In this document: one piece after another, positions 56,298 through 64,000 of the stretch
Layout of the letters: each line of letters begins with the position of its first letter
Position numbering within the stretch: the stretch's first letter is position 1
NCBI GenBank assembly: GCA_035693565.1
Contig: DASSGF010000015.1
Span: 27,931 to 91,930 of the forward strand
Origin: Rhizomicrobium sp.
GTDB taxonomy: Bacteria > Pseudomonadota > Alphaproteobacteria > Micropepsales > Micropepsaceae
Length of the DNA: 64,000 nucleotides
Direction of reading: 5' to 3'
Made by a program: the position numbers and the translations under genes
The notes under the pieces: model-generated
Databases searched by the model: none
The model's input: only the letters and a program-made list of their open reading frames with translations
What the model was told of the DNA's origin: nothing

Positions 56298-57209
56298 TCA
56301 CGGCCCATCGACCTTATATTTATCCTTGCGCAGCAGGGCGGGCACCCCGAGCGGCCCGGTGAGATGGCCGGCGCCCACGGTGACGAAGAAGACACGCTTT
56401 TCCCTGAGCATGGCCTCGATCTTGGGGACCCAGCGCTTGTTGCGGTCGTCCAGAAGCTCCTTGCGGGCTTGGGGAAATTCATCCAGGTCGCCATTGATGA
56501 GCTTGTCCAGCCTGGCCTGATCGCCATTGCTCCAGGCCTGCACCATGGGATCAAGCTCCCCCGCCATATCGCGCAAGTCCTTGAGTCCGGATTTAAACTC
56601 CTGCAGCTCCAGCACCGGGTCGTCGGGAGCCAGCAGCGCGAATTGTTCGGCGATGGTTTCCAGATAGCGCAATTGCTTGTGATCCTTGTCCGCCTCGCCC
56701 ATCAGCACGGTATCGACGCCGTCCTGGGGACTGAATTTGAGCTTGGCGATTTCGGCGAACATCAACTGCAAGCTGGCCAGCCAGGGCCGCTCACGATCCA
56801 CTATTTCCGGCGCAAGGCCGGAGGCCGACACCGCCGCGTCATAGTCGGAAACGGCGCCCGCACCCAGCTTGGCGCGCAAGCTTTCGCCCTGGGGCAAGAA
56901 GCCCTTGGCCTGGATCAGGGCGTTGAGTTCCGCCAGGGAAGCCTGATCCTCGGGCACCTCGAAGACAAACACATCGCTGCGTGACAGGGCCTGGGCGATG
57001 GCCGGTGTGCGCCAGTTGAGACCGGGCGGCAGCACATGCACCGAGCCCAGCACATAAACTTCGCCCTGATCCCCTTTTTTGGGGTCGCCCTTGATATGCC
57101 AAAGCGAGGGATGGGGCTGAAGCGCGGCCAGCGCGGGTTTGAGCTGGGCTTGGGAGAAGGCGGGGACGGTGAGGAGAAGGCCGAAAAGAAACGCGAGTAA
57201 GCGGGTCAA
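56298..57209 (-). CDS. TraB/GumN-family exported protein
   Basis: C-terminal FFVTVGAGHLTG block. I prefer the TTG start at 57209, which is preceded by AGGAGA and gives a clean signal peptide (TRLLAFLFGLLLTVPAFSQA). The track start at 57308 would overlap the HPr gene. Confidence 0.7.
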   Translation of the reverse strand: MTRLLAFLFGLLLTVPAFSQAQLKPALAALQPHPSLWHIKGDPKKGDQGEVYVLGSVHVLPPGLNWRTPAIAQALSRSDVFVFEVPEDQASLAELNALIQAKGFLPQGESLRAKLGAGAVSDYDAAVSASGLAPEIVDRERPWLASLQLMFAEIAKLKFSPQDGVDTVLMGEADKDHKQLRYLETIAEQFALLAPDDPVLELQEFKSGLKDLRDMAGELDPMVQAWSNGDQARLDKLINGDLDEFPQARKELLDDRNKRWVPKIEAMLREKRVFFVTVGAGHLTGPLGVPALLRKDKYKVDGP

Positions 57210-57264
57210 GTCTTTTCTCCTTACTGCCGCGCACGGCCGGAGACGCTGGCGCGCGGGCCGGCTT

Positions 57265-57316
57265 GGCAAGTTTGGAGAGGAGTGACCGAAACGGTCACTC
57301 CTCTCCAAACTTTGCC
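57265..57316. other. long hairpin spanning the HPr stop codon
   Basis: GGCAAGTTTGGAGAGGAGTGACCG-AAA-CGGTCACTCCTCTCCAAACTTTGCC. About 24 bp pair, with one bulge. The right arm encodes the last HPr codons. Confidence 0.6.
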
Positions 57317-57570
57317 TCCACCAGCGCCAAAATCGCTTTCAGCGCGTCGTCCTGGTCCGGCCCCTCGGCGGTGATCTCCACCTGCGAGCCGATGGAGGCG
57401 GCCAGCATCATCAGTCCCATGATGGAACGGCCGTTCACCGCGGTGCCATCCTTGACGACATGAATTTCGGACTGAAAGCGGGCCGAGGCTTCCACGATCT
57501 TGGCGCTGGCGCGGGCATGCAGTCCGCGCTTGTTGGGAATGATGACGTGAGCGGAAAGCTTGGCCATCAA
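57295..57570 (-). CDS. HPr-family phosphocarrier protein (NPr-like)
   Basis: 91 aa with the active-site region NKRGLHARASAKIV. Confidence 0.9.
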   Translation of the reverse strand: MMAKLSAHVIIPNKRGLHARASAKIVEASARFQSEIHVVKDGTAVNGRSIMGLMMLAASIGSQVEITAEGPDQDDALKAILALVEAKFGEE

Positions 57571-57962
57571 GCCAGATCCGCGCTGCCCGCGCGCATATAT
57601 TTGCGGCCCGCCTCGATGGCCTCTTTCACCGCCTGCTCAAGAGGCAGCTTGGCGCGGATATCGATCAGCTTGATCAGGCTGGGCAGGTTGGCGCCGGCCA
57701 GCACTTCGATTTTGCCCTTTTCCAGCAAAGTGAGCGCCAGGTTGCAGGGTGTGCCGCCGAACATGTCGGTGGCGATGATCACCCCGCGTCCCACATCCAC
57801 CGACTTGGCGGCGGCGGCGATTTCGCGCTGGCGGCGTTCGATATCGTCTTCAGGCCCGATACAGACGGCGCGCAGATGGGTCTGCGGGCCGACCATATGC
57901 TCCATCGCGGAAATAAATTCCTGGGCCAGGCGCCCGTGGGTAACCAGAACAATGCCAATCAT
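57567..57962 (-). CDS. PTS EIIA, mannose-type
   Basis: 131 aa with the N-terminal MIGIVLVTHG phospho-His region. Confidence 0.85.
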   Translation of the reverse strand: MIGIVLVTHGRLAQEFISAMEHMVGPQTHLRAVCIGPEDDIERRQREIAAAAKSVDVGRGVIIATDMFGGTPCNLALTLLEKGKIEVLAGANLPSLIKLIDIRAKLPLEQAVKEAIEAGRKYMRAGSADLA

Positions 57963-58015
57963 GAAGGGTCCTTCGACGGCGCGGACAGTAGCAAAAGCGC
58001 GCGGCCTGAGAAGGG

Positions 58016-58480
58016 CTATTTGAGGATAAAAGTGTCGCGAAACAGGCCCTTGGAAAAAGCCGCCAAAGCGAGGCGGATTTTGGCTTGGGTGGAGGCAAAC
58101 CGGGCGTCCAGCGCGATTTGCGGCACCTTTGCGGCCGGCGGCAAGGACCTGGGCGCATGGTAAATGTCAGGAACCGGCAGGCGGTCGCCCTCCCGGCCCA
58201 GCTTGACCGCCAGCGCGATCTTCACATTTGCGCGGACCGGCATTTTGATGATGCCCAGTCCCCGCACTTCCAGCAGCCCCTTGATGCTGGCCGGCGCCTT
58301 GGCATGCAATGCGCCGCGGGCCAGGAACAGGATGGTGCGGTCATCCGACACAAGCCTTGCGCCCGCATCGATCAGCCGCAGCGCCAGATCGGACTTGCCC
58401 GCGCCGCTGGGCCCCAGAAGCAGGACGCCGAGATTTCCGATCGCGACGCAGCTGGCATGAATATTGGCTTGCTCCGCCAT
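58016..58480 (-). CDS. hprK: short HPr kinase/phosphorylase (C-terminal domain only)
   Basis: 154 aa with P-loop GPSGAGKSDLALRL, in the conserved position after chvG in alphaproteobacteria. Confidence 0.85.
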   Translation of the reverse strand: MAEQANIHASCVAIGNLGVLLLGPSGAGKSDLALRLIDAGARLVSDDRTILFLARGALHAKAPASIKGLLEVRGLGIIKMPVRANVKIALAVKLGREGDRLPVPDIYHAPRSLPPAAKVPQIALDARFASTQAKIRLALAAFSKGLFRDTFILK

Positions 58481-58481
58481 G

Positions 58482-60059
58482 TCAGGCCTCGGCCAGTGAA
58501 ACGGGCAATTCCACGATCAGCCGGGCGCCGCCGCCTTGCTGGTTACCCTGCGCGCGGTTCTCGGCATAGATGCGCCCGCCGGCGCCTTCGATGATCTGGC
58601 GGGCGATGGAAAGGCCAAGGCCTGAATTGCGCCCGAAACTTTCGCCCGGCCGTTCGGTGTAAAAGCGCTTGAAGATCGATTCCAGATTGCCCGGCGGAAT
58701 GCCCGGCCCCTCATCCTCGACAGTGATGCGCGCGACCATGTCATAGCGGCTGGCGGTCACGATCACCTTGCCCTGTTCCGGACTGAAGGAGACGGCGTTG
58801 TCGATCAGGTTGCGGAACACCTGGCCAAGCCGCTCGTCGCGTCCCCGCACGATGGTCCCGGGAGGCAGTTCGTCACGCAGCACGAATTCCACCGTCCGGC
58901 TGCGGTCGGTCATGCGATAGACCTCGATGATGGTGGCCAGCAGCTTCGATAGCGCCACCGGCTCCTTGGCCTCGCGCGACAATTCGGCGTCCAGCCGCGA
59001 GGCGTCGGAAATGTCGGTGATCAGCCGGTCGATGCGTTTGACGTCGCCGCGCACAATGTCCAGCAGCCGGGCACGGCTCTCCTCATCCTTGGCGCGGGAA
59101 AACATCTCCACCGCACTGGCCAGCGAGGTGAGGGGGTTCTTCAGCTCATGCGCCACATCGGCGGCGAAGCTTTCGATGGCGTCGATGCGGTCATAAAGAT
59201 TGCCGGTCATGGACCGCAGACTGTCGGCCAGGTCGCCGATCTCATCGGTGCGTTCGGGAAAATTGGGGATGTCGCTGCGCCCGCCGGTGCCCGAGCGCAC
59301 CCGGTCGGCCGCCGCCGCCAGCCGCTTCACCGGCTCGGCGATGGTGCCCGCCAGATAGAAGGAGGAGATCAGCATCACCAGCACCGCCACCAGCACCACT
59401 TCGAACAGAGTGGTGCGTTCCTGGCGCAGGATGTCGTCAATGTCGCCGCCTTCGGTGGACAGGAGCAGGACACCGTAAATCGTGCGGTAGCGGCTCTCCA
59501 CCGGCGCCGCCACCGACAGCATCAGCCGGTTGCGGTCATCCACCCGTTCGGCGGTGGCGACTTGGCCGGTGAGCGCGATGCCCACTTCGCGATAGACCCT
59601 GCCGTCATTGCCGGCCTCGTAATAGGGCTCCAGTTGCACGAAGGAGCGCACCCCTATCACGCCGTCATAGAGGCGGGTGAGCCATTCCTTGAGCTGGTTG
59701 GTGGTGTCGAGCGGCGGCAATTCCCGGGTCTGCACCACATTGCGGGCCAGCAGGTCGCGGGTATCGACGGCAAGCTGGCCGCCCGGCAGATAGAGCCGTC
59801 CCCGCAATCTCGTGGGCGCGATGAGCTGGCGCAGCAGCGGTTCGGCCTCGTCCGGCTTCAAGGTGTGAGTCGCGGAATCGGCGGCATATTGGGCGATCGT
59901 GCCGGCCACGATATTGGCCTGCTCGCGGATGGAGTTCATCCGCTCCTCCACCAGGCCGCGGCCGGAGGATTGCACCAGCACCACGCCGGCGGTGAGCACG
60001 ATCAGGGCCAGCGCATTGAAGGCCAGGATGCGCCAGGTTAGGGCGGAGAAGTGGGGCAC
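58482..60059 (-). CDS. chvG: sensor histidine kinase ChvG/ExoS/BvrS type
   Basis: Two TM segments flank a periplasmic domain, followed by HAMP, the H-box FAADVAHELKNPLTSL and an HATPase domain (GLGLSIARQI). It has a GTG start. Confidence 0.85.
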   Translation of the reverse strand: MPHFSALTWRILAFNALALIVLTAGVVLVQSSGRGLVEERMNSIREQANIVAGTIAQYAADSATHTLKPDEAEPLLRQLIAPTRLRGRLYLPGGQLAVDTRDLLARNVVQTRELPPLDTTNQLKEWLTRLYDGVIGVRSFVQLEPYYEAGNDGRVYREVGIALTGQVATAERVDDRNRLMLSVAAPVESRYRTIYGVLLLSTEGGDIDDILRQERTTLFEVVLVAVLVMLISSFYLAGTIAEPVKRLAAAADRVRSGTGGRSDIPNFPERTDEIGDLADSLRSMTGNLYDRIDAIESFAADVAHELKNPLTSLASAVEMFSRAKDEESRARLLDIVRGDVKRIDRLITDISDASRLDAELSREAKEPVALSKLLATIIEVYRMTDRSRTVEFVLRDELPPGTIVRGRDERLGQVFRNLIDNAVSFSPEQGKVIVTASRYDMVARITVEDEGPGIPPGNLESIFKRFYTERPGESFGRNSGLGLSIARQIIEGAGGRIYAENRAQGNQQGGGARLIVELPVSLAEA

Positions 60060-60060
60060 G

Positions 60061-60135
60061 CTAGTGTCCAGATTCCGAAATTCGCATGATTTCTATATCG
60101 GGCTCCAGGCGAATTTCGGAATCGAAGGACACTAG
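60061..60135. repeat. palindromic unit 1 in the chvI-chvG spacer
   Basis: CTAGTGTCC-A-GATTCCGAAATTCGC [23 nt] GCGAATTTCGGAATC-GAA-GGACACTAG, giving 24 paired positions. Confidence 0.8.
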
Positions 60136-60149
60136 CCAGTCATTGAATC

Positions 60150-60226
60150 GGGGTGCCGTCTTGGTTTCGAAGTTCGCCCGAAGCTTGATATCTATAATAG
60201 TGCGAACTTCGAAACCACGGCACCCC
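60150..60226. repeat. palindromic unit 2 in the chvI-chvG spacer
   Basis: GGGGTGCCGT-CTT-GGTTTCGAAGTTCGC [24 nt] GCGAACTTCGAAACC-ACGGCACCCC, giving 25 paired positions. The inner stem and AT-rich loop are related to unit 1. Confidence 0.8.
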
Positions 60227-60231
60227 CGCCC

Positions 60232-60939
60232 TTATTCGCGATAGCGATAGCCGACGCCATACAGCGTCTCGATGGCGTCGAAGTCATCGGCCACCGCCTT
60301 GAACTTCTTGCGCAGCCGCTTGATGTGGCTGTCGATGGTGCGGTCATCGACATAGACCTGATCGTCATAGGCCGCGTCCATCAGACTGTCGCGGCTTTTG
60401 ACAAAACCGGGCCGCTGGGCCAGCGCCTGCAGGATCAGGAACTCGGTGACGGTCAACCGCACCGGCCTGCCGTCCCAGGTGCATTCATGGCGCTGCGGGT
60501 CCAGCGCCAGCTTGCCGCGCACCAGCGCTTCCTTCTTGGCGGCCTCGGCGGCGCCGGCGGCGGGAGGCGCGCTTTTCCCTTCGGCGCGGCGCAGCACGGC
60601 GCGCACCCGTTCCAGCAGCAGCCGCTGGGAGAAGGGCTTGCGGATATAATCGTCGGCGCCGGCATTCAGCCCCATCAGCTCGTCAATCTCTTCATCCTTG
60701 CTGGTGAGGAAGATCACCGGCAGGTCCTGGGCCTGGCGCAGGCGGCGCAGCAGTTCCAGCCCGTCCATGCGCGGCATCTTGATATCCAGGATGGCGAGAT
60801 CGGGCGGAGTGGTGGTCAGCGCGGTGAGCGCCGCGGCGCCATCGGAAAAAGTGCGGACGTGATAGCCTTCCTGCTCCAGCAGCATGCTGACGGAGGCGAG
60901 AATATTCTTGTCATCGTCGACGAGGGCGATGTTAGCCAT
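60232..60939 (-). CDS. chvI: OmpR-family response regulator ChvI type
   Basis: REC domain ([20 protein letters not shown]) plus a winged-helix domain ([16 protein letters not shown]). It lies upstream of chvG. Confidence 0.9.
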   Translation of the reverse strand: MANIALVDDDKNILASVSMLLEQEGYHVRTFSDGAAALTALTTTPPDLAILDIKMPRMDGLELLRRLRQAQDLPVIFLTSKDEEIDELMGLNAGADDYIRKPFSQRLLLERVRAVLRRAEGKSAPPAAGAAEAAKKEALVRGKLALDPQRHECTWDGRPVRLTVTEFLILQALAQRPGFVKSRDSLMDAAYDDQVYVDDRTIDSHIKRLRKKFKAVADDFDAIETLYGVGYRYRE

Positions 60940-61062
60940 TGCAACCTGTCCGGTGCGGTTGTTCTGGCCCCCATATGCGCCGTGCGCCGCTGATGGGCGC
61001 TATGGCCCATATCGCTTGCTCCTGCCCGGGTCCCATTCCTCGCGCCTGCCAAATTAAGGAGG

Positions 61063-61920
61063 ATGCAGTATAAGCCCATGATGAACAAAGCAAAGTCAAA
61101 AAGGTTCCCCGGAAGCCTGGCAGGCCGGAGCGAGCCATTGGCCGGGAGCGGAGGGGCGAGCCCCCAGCACGAGGACCGGACGGGCTTCGCGGAGACGGTG
61201 GCCTATTATGATCGCTACCGCCTTGCCTATCCCGAGCGGCTGATCGCGCGGGTGGCGGCACTGGCCGGTCTGAAGCCCGGCGATGCCGTGCTGGACCTGG
61301 GCTGCGGCACCGGCATGCTGGCGATTCCTTTTGCGCGGGCCGGGATGGCGGTCACCGCCATGGACCCGGAAGCCGAGATGCTGGCGGCGGCTGAGACAGC
61401 CCAGCCTCCGGGAATCGGCATCCGATGGGAAAAGGGCGGCTCGCAGGACCTCACGCCCCAGATGGGACCTTTCCGGCTGGTGGTGATGGGCCGCTCCTTC
61501 CATTGGATGGATCGCGCCGCCACCTTGGCCATGCTGGACAGGATCGTGATGCCCGAAGGCGGCGTGGCGTTGTTTCATGACGCCCATCCGCCGGTTGAAG
61601 AAAATCGCTGGTTCGAAGTGCTGTGCGAAGTCCAGAAGCGCTACCGGCAAGGATCGCGTCACGGCGGCCATAGGCGCTATGAGCCCTATCTGTTTGCCTC
61701 CGCCTTCCGTCAGATCGAGGGGCTTTCGGTCACCATCCGTCAGGCGCTGACCGCCCAGGACATTCTGGGCCGGGCGCTGTCCATGTCATCGCCGCCAGGC
61801 GTGCGACGGGACGCCTTCGCCGCCGAGTTGATGGCGGCCTTGCGGGAATTGTCGCCGGATGGGAAGTTCATCGAGGTTGCCGAGCTGGTGGCGGTGCTGG
61901 CCCGGCGGCCCCAAAAATAG
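61063..61920 (+). CDS. class I SAM-dependent methyltransferase
   Basis: Motif I VLDLGCGTGMLAIPFA. The start is uncertain: AAGGAGG abuts ATG 61063, and further ATGs lie at 61078 and 61081. Confidence 0.8.
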   Translation: MQYKPMMNKAKSKRFPGSLAGRSEPLAGSGGASPQHEDRTGFAETVAYYDRYRLAYPERLIARVAALAGLKPGDAVLDLGCGTGMLAIPFARAGMAVTAMDPEAEMLAAAETAQPPGIGIRWEKGGSQDLTPQMGPFRLVVMGRSFHWMDRAATLAMLDRIVMPEGGVALFHDAHPPVEENRWFEVLCEVQKRYRQGSRHGGHRRYEPYLFASAFRQIEGLSVTIRQALTAQDILGRALSMSSPPGVRRDAFAAELMAALRELSPDGKFIEVAELVAVLARRPQK

Positions 61921-61981
61921 ACAGACCAAAATACAAAACGCCAAAATAGCAACAGAAGAATAGGGGAAATGGGGGGCGAAG

Positions 61982-62986
61982 ATGCAACAGGTTGAGGCTG
62001 CGCTGCACTTGCTGATGACAGGCCAGGTCGCGGGAGCGACCCTGCTGAAACTGGCATTGGTGTTGTTCGTCTATTTTCTGCCCTCTTTCCTGGCTTTCAA
62101 TCGCGCGCGCAAAGCCTTTTGGCTTATCGTTTGCCTGAATATCGTCCTGACATTGGCGCAGAGCCTGATTTTTCATGCCCTGTTTCCCAGCCTGTTTGTC
62201 CTGAGAGAGGGCAATGTCGGCGATATGTTGCGTTTGGGAGCGCTGGTCAATTTCGGCCCCGGCTGGCTGGCTTTGCTGATCTGGGCGCTGCTGCCGGGCG
62301 AGCCCGATCCGCGCCTGCTCAAGGCGCGGGACACCAAAACCTATGATGTCCTGGCTGCCCTGCCGCTGATCCTGTGGTTTGTCTATGGCGCCTTGCAGCT
62401 TCGCCCGGTGCTGGTGCGCGATGGCGGGATGATCCTGGCCGGGACCGCCAGCCTGTTCATCTGGGTGCAATTTTGCGCCCTGTTCGCCGCGGCCTTGTTT
62501 GACCTGTTGCTGGTTTATCTGCTGATCGTGCGCGACGGTGCCGTGGGCAAATCTCGCGGTGTGTTGCCGCGTGCTTGCGGCGTCATCGGCACCTTTCTGG
62601 GGGTTGGCATTTTGACCTTGCCGGTGGCGCGTTTGAGCCTTTCCATGCAGATCCTGGCGGCGGTGCTGATCGGGCTGGGAAGTCTGGGATCGGTGCTGGT
62701 GCTGTGGCGGCTGGGCAAGTCCTTCTCCATCCTGCCCGAAGCGCGCAAGCTGGTGACCGGCGGGCCTTATGCTTTCGTGCGCCATCCGCTTTATTCCGTC
62801 GAGATCGTCACCATTGTGGGCACGGCGCTGCAGTTCCAGGGACCCTGGTCCTGGGTGATCGCGCTGGGTGTGATGGCGTTGCTATGGATTCGCAGCCACT
62901 ATGAAGAGCAGGTGCTGGCGGAGAGCTTTCCGGAATATGGGGCGTATCGCGCCCGGACCAAGCGGTTTATTCCCGGAGTGATCTAG
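61982..62986 (+). CDS. membrane methyltransferase (ICMT/PEMT-like) with an extra N-terminal membrane module
   Basis: The C-terminal block is GPYAFVRHPLYSVEIV...YEEQVL. The N-terminal roughly 100 aa contain YFLPSFLAFNRARKAF..CLNIVL...GWLALLIWAL. Confidence 0.75.
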   Translation: MQQVEAALHLLMTGQVAGATLLKLALVLFVYFLPSFLAFNRARKAFWLIVCLNIVLTLAQSLIFHALFPSLFVLREGNVGDMLRLGALVNFGPGWLALLIWALLPGEPDPRLLKARDTKTYDVLAALPLILWFVYGALQLRPVLVRDGGMILAGTASLFIWVQFCALFAAALFDLLLVYLLIVRDGAVGKSRGVLPRACGVIGTFLGVGILTLPVARLSLSMQILAAVLIGLGSLGSVLVLWRLGKSFSILPEARKLVTGGPYAFVRHPLYSVEIVTIVGTALQFQGPWSWVIALGVMALLWIRSHYEEQVLAESFPEYGAYRARTKRFIPGVI

Positions 62987-62993
62987 CGCGGGT

Positions 62994-63216
62994 CTTTTGC
63001 GCCCTGAGTTGGCTTAGCTTTTCTTGGCGAGCACCGCGAGCCTAGAAAAGCTTGCCCTATGCGAGCGCGAGCGAGCATGCGTCACGTGCCGCGAGGCGGG
63101 TTCCCGGCGCGTCGCTTTCGCTCCGCGCGTTCGGCCCTCGAAATGGTCCACCGGACCATTTCGTTCGCGCAAGGCGCGAACCGGGCCTCACCCTGCTCAG
63201 GTCACAAAATCCCTCG
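62994..63216. repeat. MITE-like palindromic element, long copy
   Basis: The left end CTTTTGCGCCCTGAGTT matches 16/17 the inverse of 51012-51028. The right end CCTGCTCAGGTCACAAAATCCCTCGC matches 24/26 the inverse of 50940-50965. The interior is full of hairpins, for example CGAAATGGTCC-ACC-GGACCATTTCG. Confidence 0.6.
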
Positions 63217-63234
63217 CTACTGAAATTCTTGACG

Positions 63235-63711
63235 CTATTTAAATTCGACTTTGACGATCTCGTAGGACCGGGCGCCGCCGGGAGCCGCGACTTCCACCGT
63301 GTCACCCTTGCTCTTGCCGATCAGGGCGCGGGCAATGGGAGAAGACAGCGAGATGCGGCCCCGCTTGGCGTCGGATTCCAAGTCGCCCACGATCTGGAAT
63401 TTGCGCTCCTCGTCGGTGTCTTCATCCACCAGAGTGACGGTGGCGCCGAACTTGACGCTGGCGCCCGACAATTTGGAAATGTCGATCACGTCGGCGCGGC
63501 CGATCTGGTCTTCCAGTTCCAGCACCCGGCCTTCGATGAAGCTCTGGCGCTCCTTGGCGGCGTGATATTCGGCATTCTCAGAGAGATCGCCATGGGCACG
63601 CGCTTCCGCGATCGCCTTGATCACTTCATGACGGTCTTCGTTCTTGAGGCGGTTGAGCTCCTCCTCCAGGGCCCTGTAGCCCGAGGCGGTCATGGGAATT
63701 TTTTCCATCAT
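63235..63711 (-). CDS. greA: transcription elongation factor GreA
   Basis: 158 aa with an N-terminal coiled-coil (GY..L..EL..LK) and a C-terminal FKBP-like domain ending YEIVKVEF. Confidence 0.95.
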   Translation of the reverse strand: MMEKIPMTASGYRALEEELNRLKNEDRHEVIKAIAEARAHGDLSENAEYHAAKERQSFIEGRVLELEDQIGRADVIDISKLSGASVKFGATVTLVDEDTDEERKFQIVGDLESDAKRGRISLSSPIARALIGKSKGDTVEVAAPGGARSYEIVKVEFK

Positions 63712-64000
63712 CGTCTTTCGTCCGGCAAAAAAAGGCTCTCAGCCCCCGTCCTTGGCCGGGTACTGGAACCATCATTTGTTAAGGCACTGATTTCGCTGAC
63801 TTTTTCAACTCACGGCCAGCGGTGCGTCACAAAGAGTAGGACTGGAGGGAGGCGACTTCAAGTCGGCGGTTGGAAGGGTTCAGCCCCCGCCTGTCAGAAA
63901 CTCTGCAACGGCGCGATCTCAAGCGGGGCGAGCGTGGGAGCGCCGCTGTCCGGAACGGCTCAAAAGCTCTGTAGCGGCGCGACCTCAAGCGAGCCCGACC

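Noticed and set aside
63024-63242. 72-aa ORF between the membrane methyltransferase gene and greA
   Set aside because: It lies entirely within the multi-hairpin repeat element and overlaps the greA 3' end. It has no SD or family resemblance.
1-64000. CRISPR arrays, restriction-modification, toxin-antitoxin, abortive-infection, secretion-system or prophage modules
   Set aside because: I read both strands for spaced direct repeats and for hallmark motifs (Cas, integrase, transposase DDE, terminase, PIN, HEPN, methylase). I found none. The only repeats are the palindromic intergenic elements reported above.

Overview
This window reads as a high-GC alphaproteobacterial chromosome segment. Hand counts of a few 60-nt blocks give about 62% GC. 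The core gene order resembles Rhizobiales/Hyphomicrobiales. It includes rpoN (3' end)-ptsN, hsp20-DUF1150, a pabB/pabC fusion, aroA-cmk-rpsA and ihfB-pyrF-trpFBA-accD-folC. It also includes trxA-addA-addB-murU-like-amgK-like-tsaE, a PAS kinase with ahcY, chvI-chvG-hprK-EIIA(Man)-HPr, greA and one tRNA-Ala(GGC). I call about 60 CDS. Most other long ORFs in the six-frame track lie antisense to recognisable genes and look like high-GC artefacts. I found no CRISPR array, transposase, integrase, phage gene or recognisable defence or toxin system. Seven things deserve a second look. (1) A FixJ/LuxR-type regulator with two tandem paralogous membrane kinases sits next to an exported glutaminase-amidohydrolase-porin block. 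The same perfect palindrome ATTGGAC-N4-GTCCAAT occurs in two of its promoter regions. (2) A 12-bp terminator-like hairpin buries the start codon of an SDR-GMC oxidoreductase operon, behind a 330-nt ORF-free leader. (3) Two related roughly 75-nt palindromic units fill the chvI-chvG spacer. (4) A MITE-like repeat family with conserved inverted termini occurs at two convergent gene junctions. (5) A lower-GC 106-codon ORF is wedged, with overlapping start and stop, into the conserved aroA-cmk junction. (6) Three tandem exported cupin paralogues follow rpsA. (7) A 24-bp inverted copy of the tRNA-Ala 3' end lies just downstream of that tRNA. All functional interpretations are inference from sequence only. 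No searches were run.
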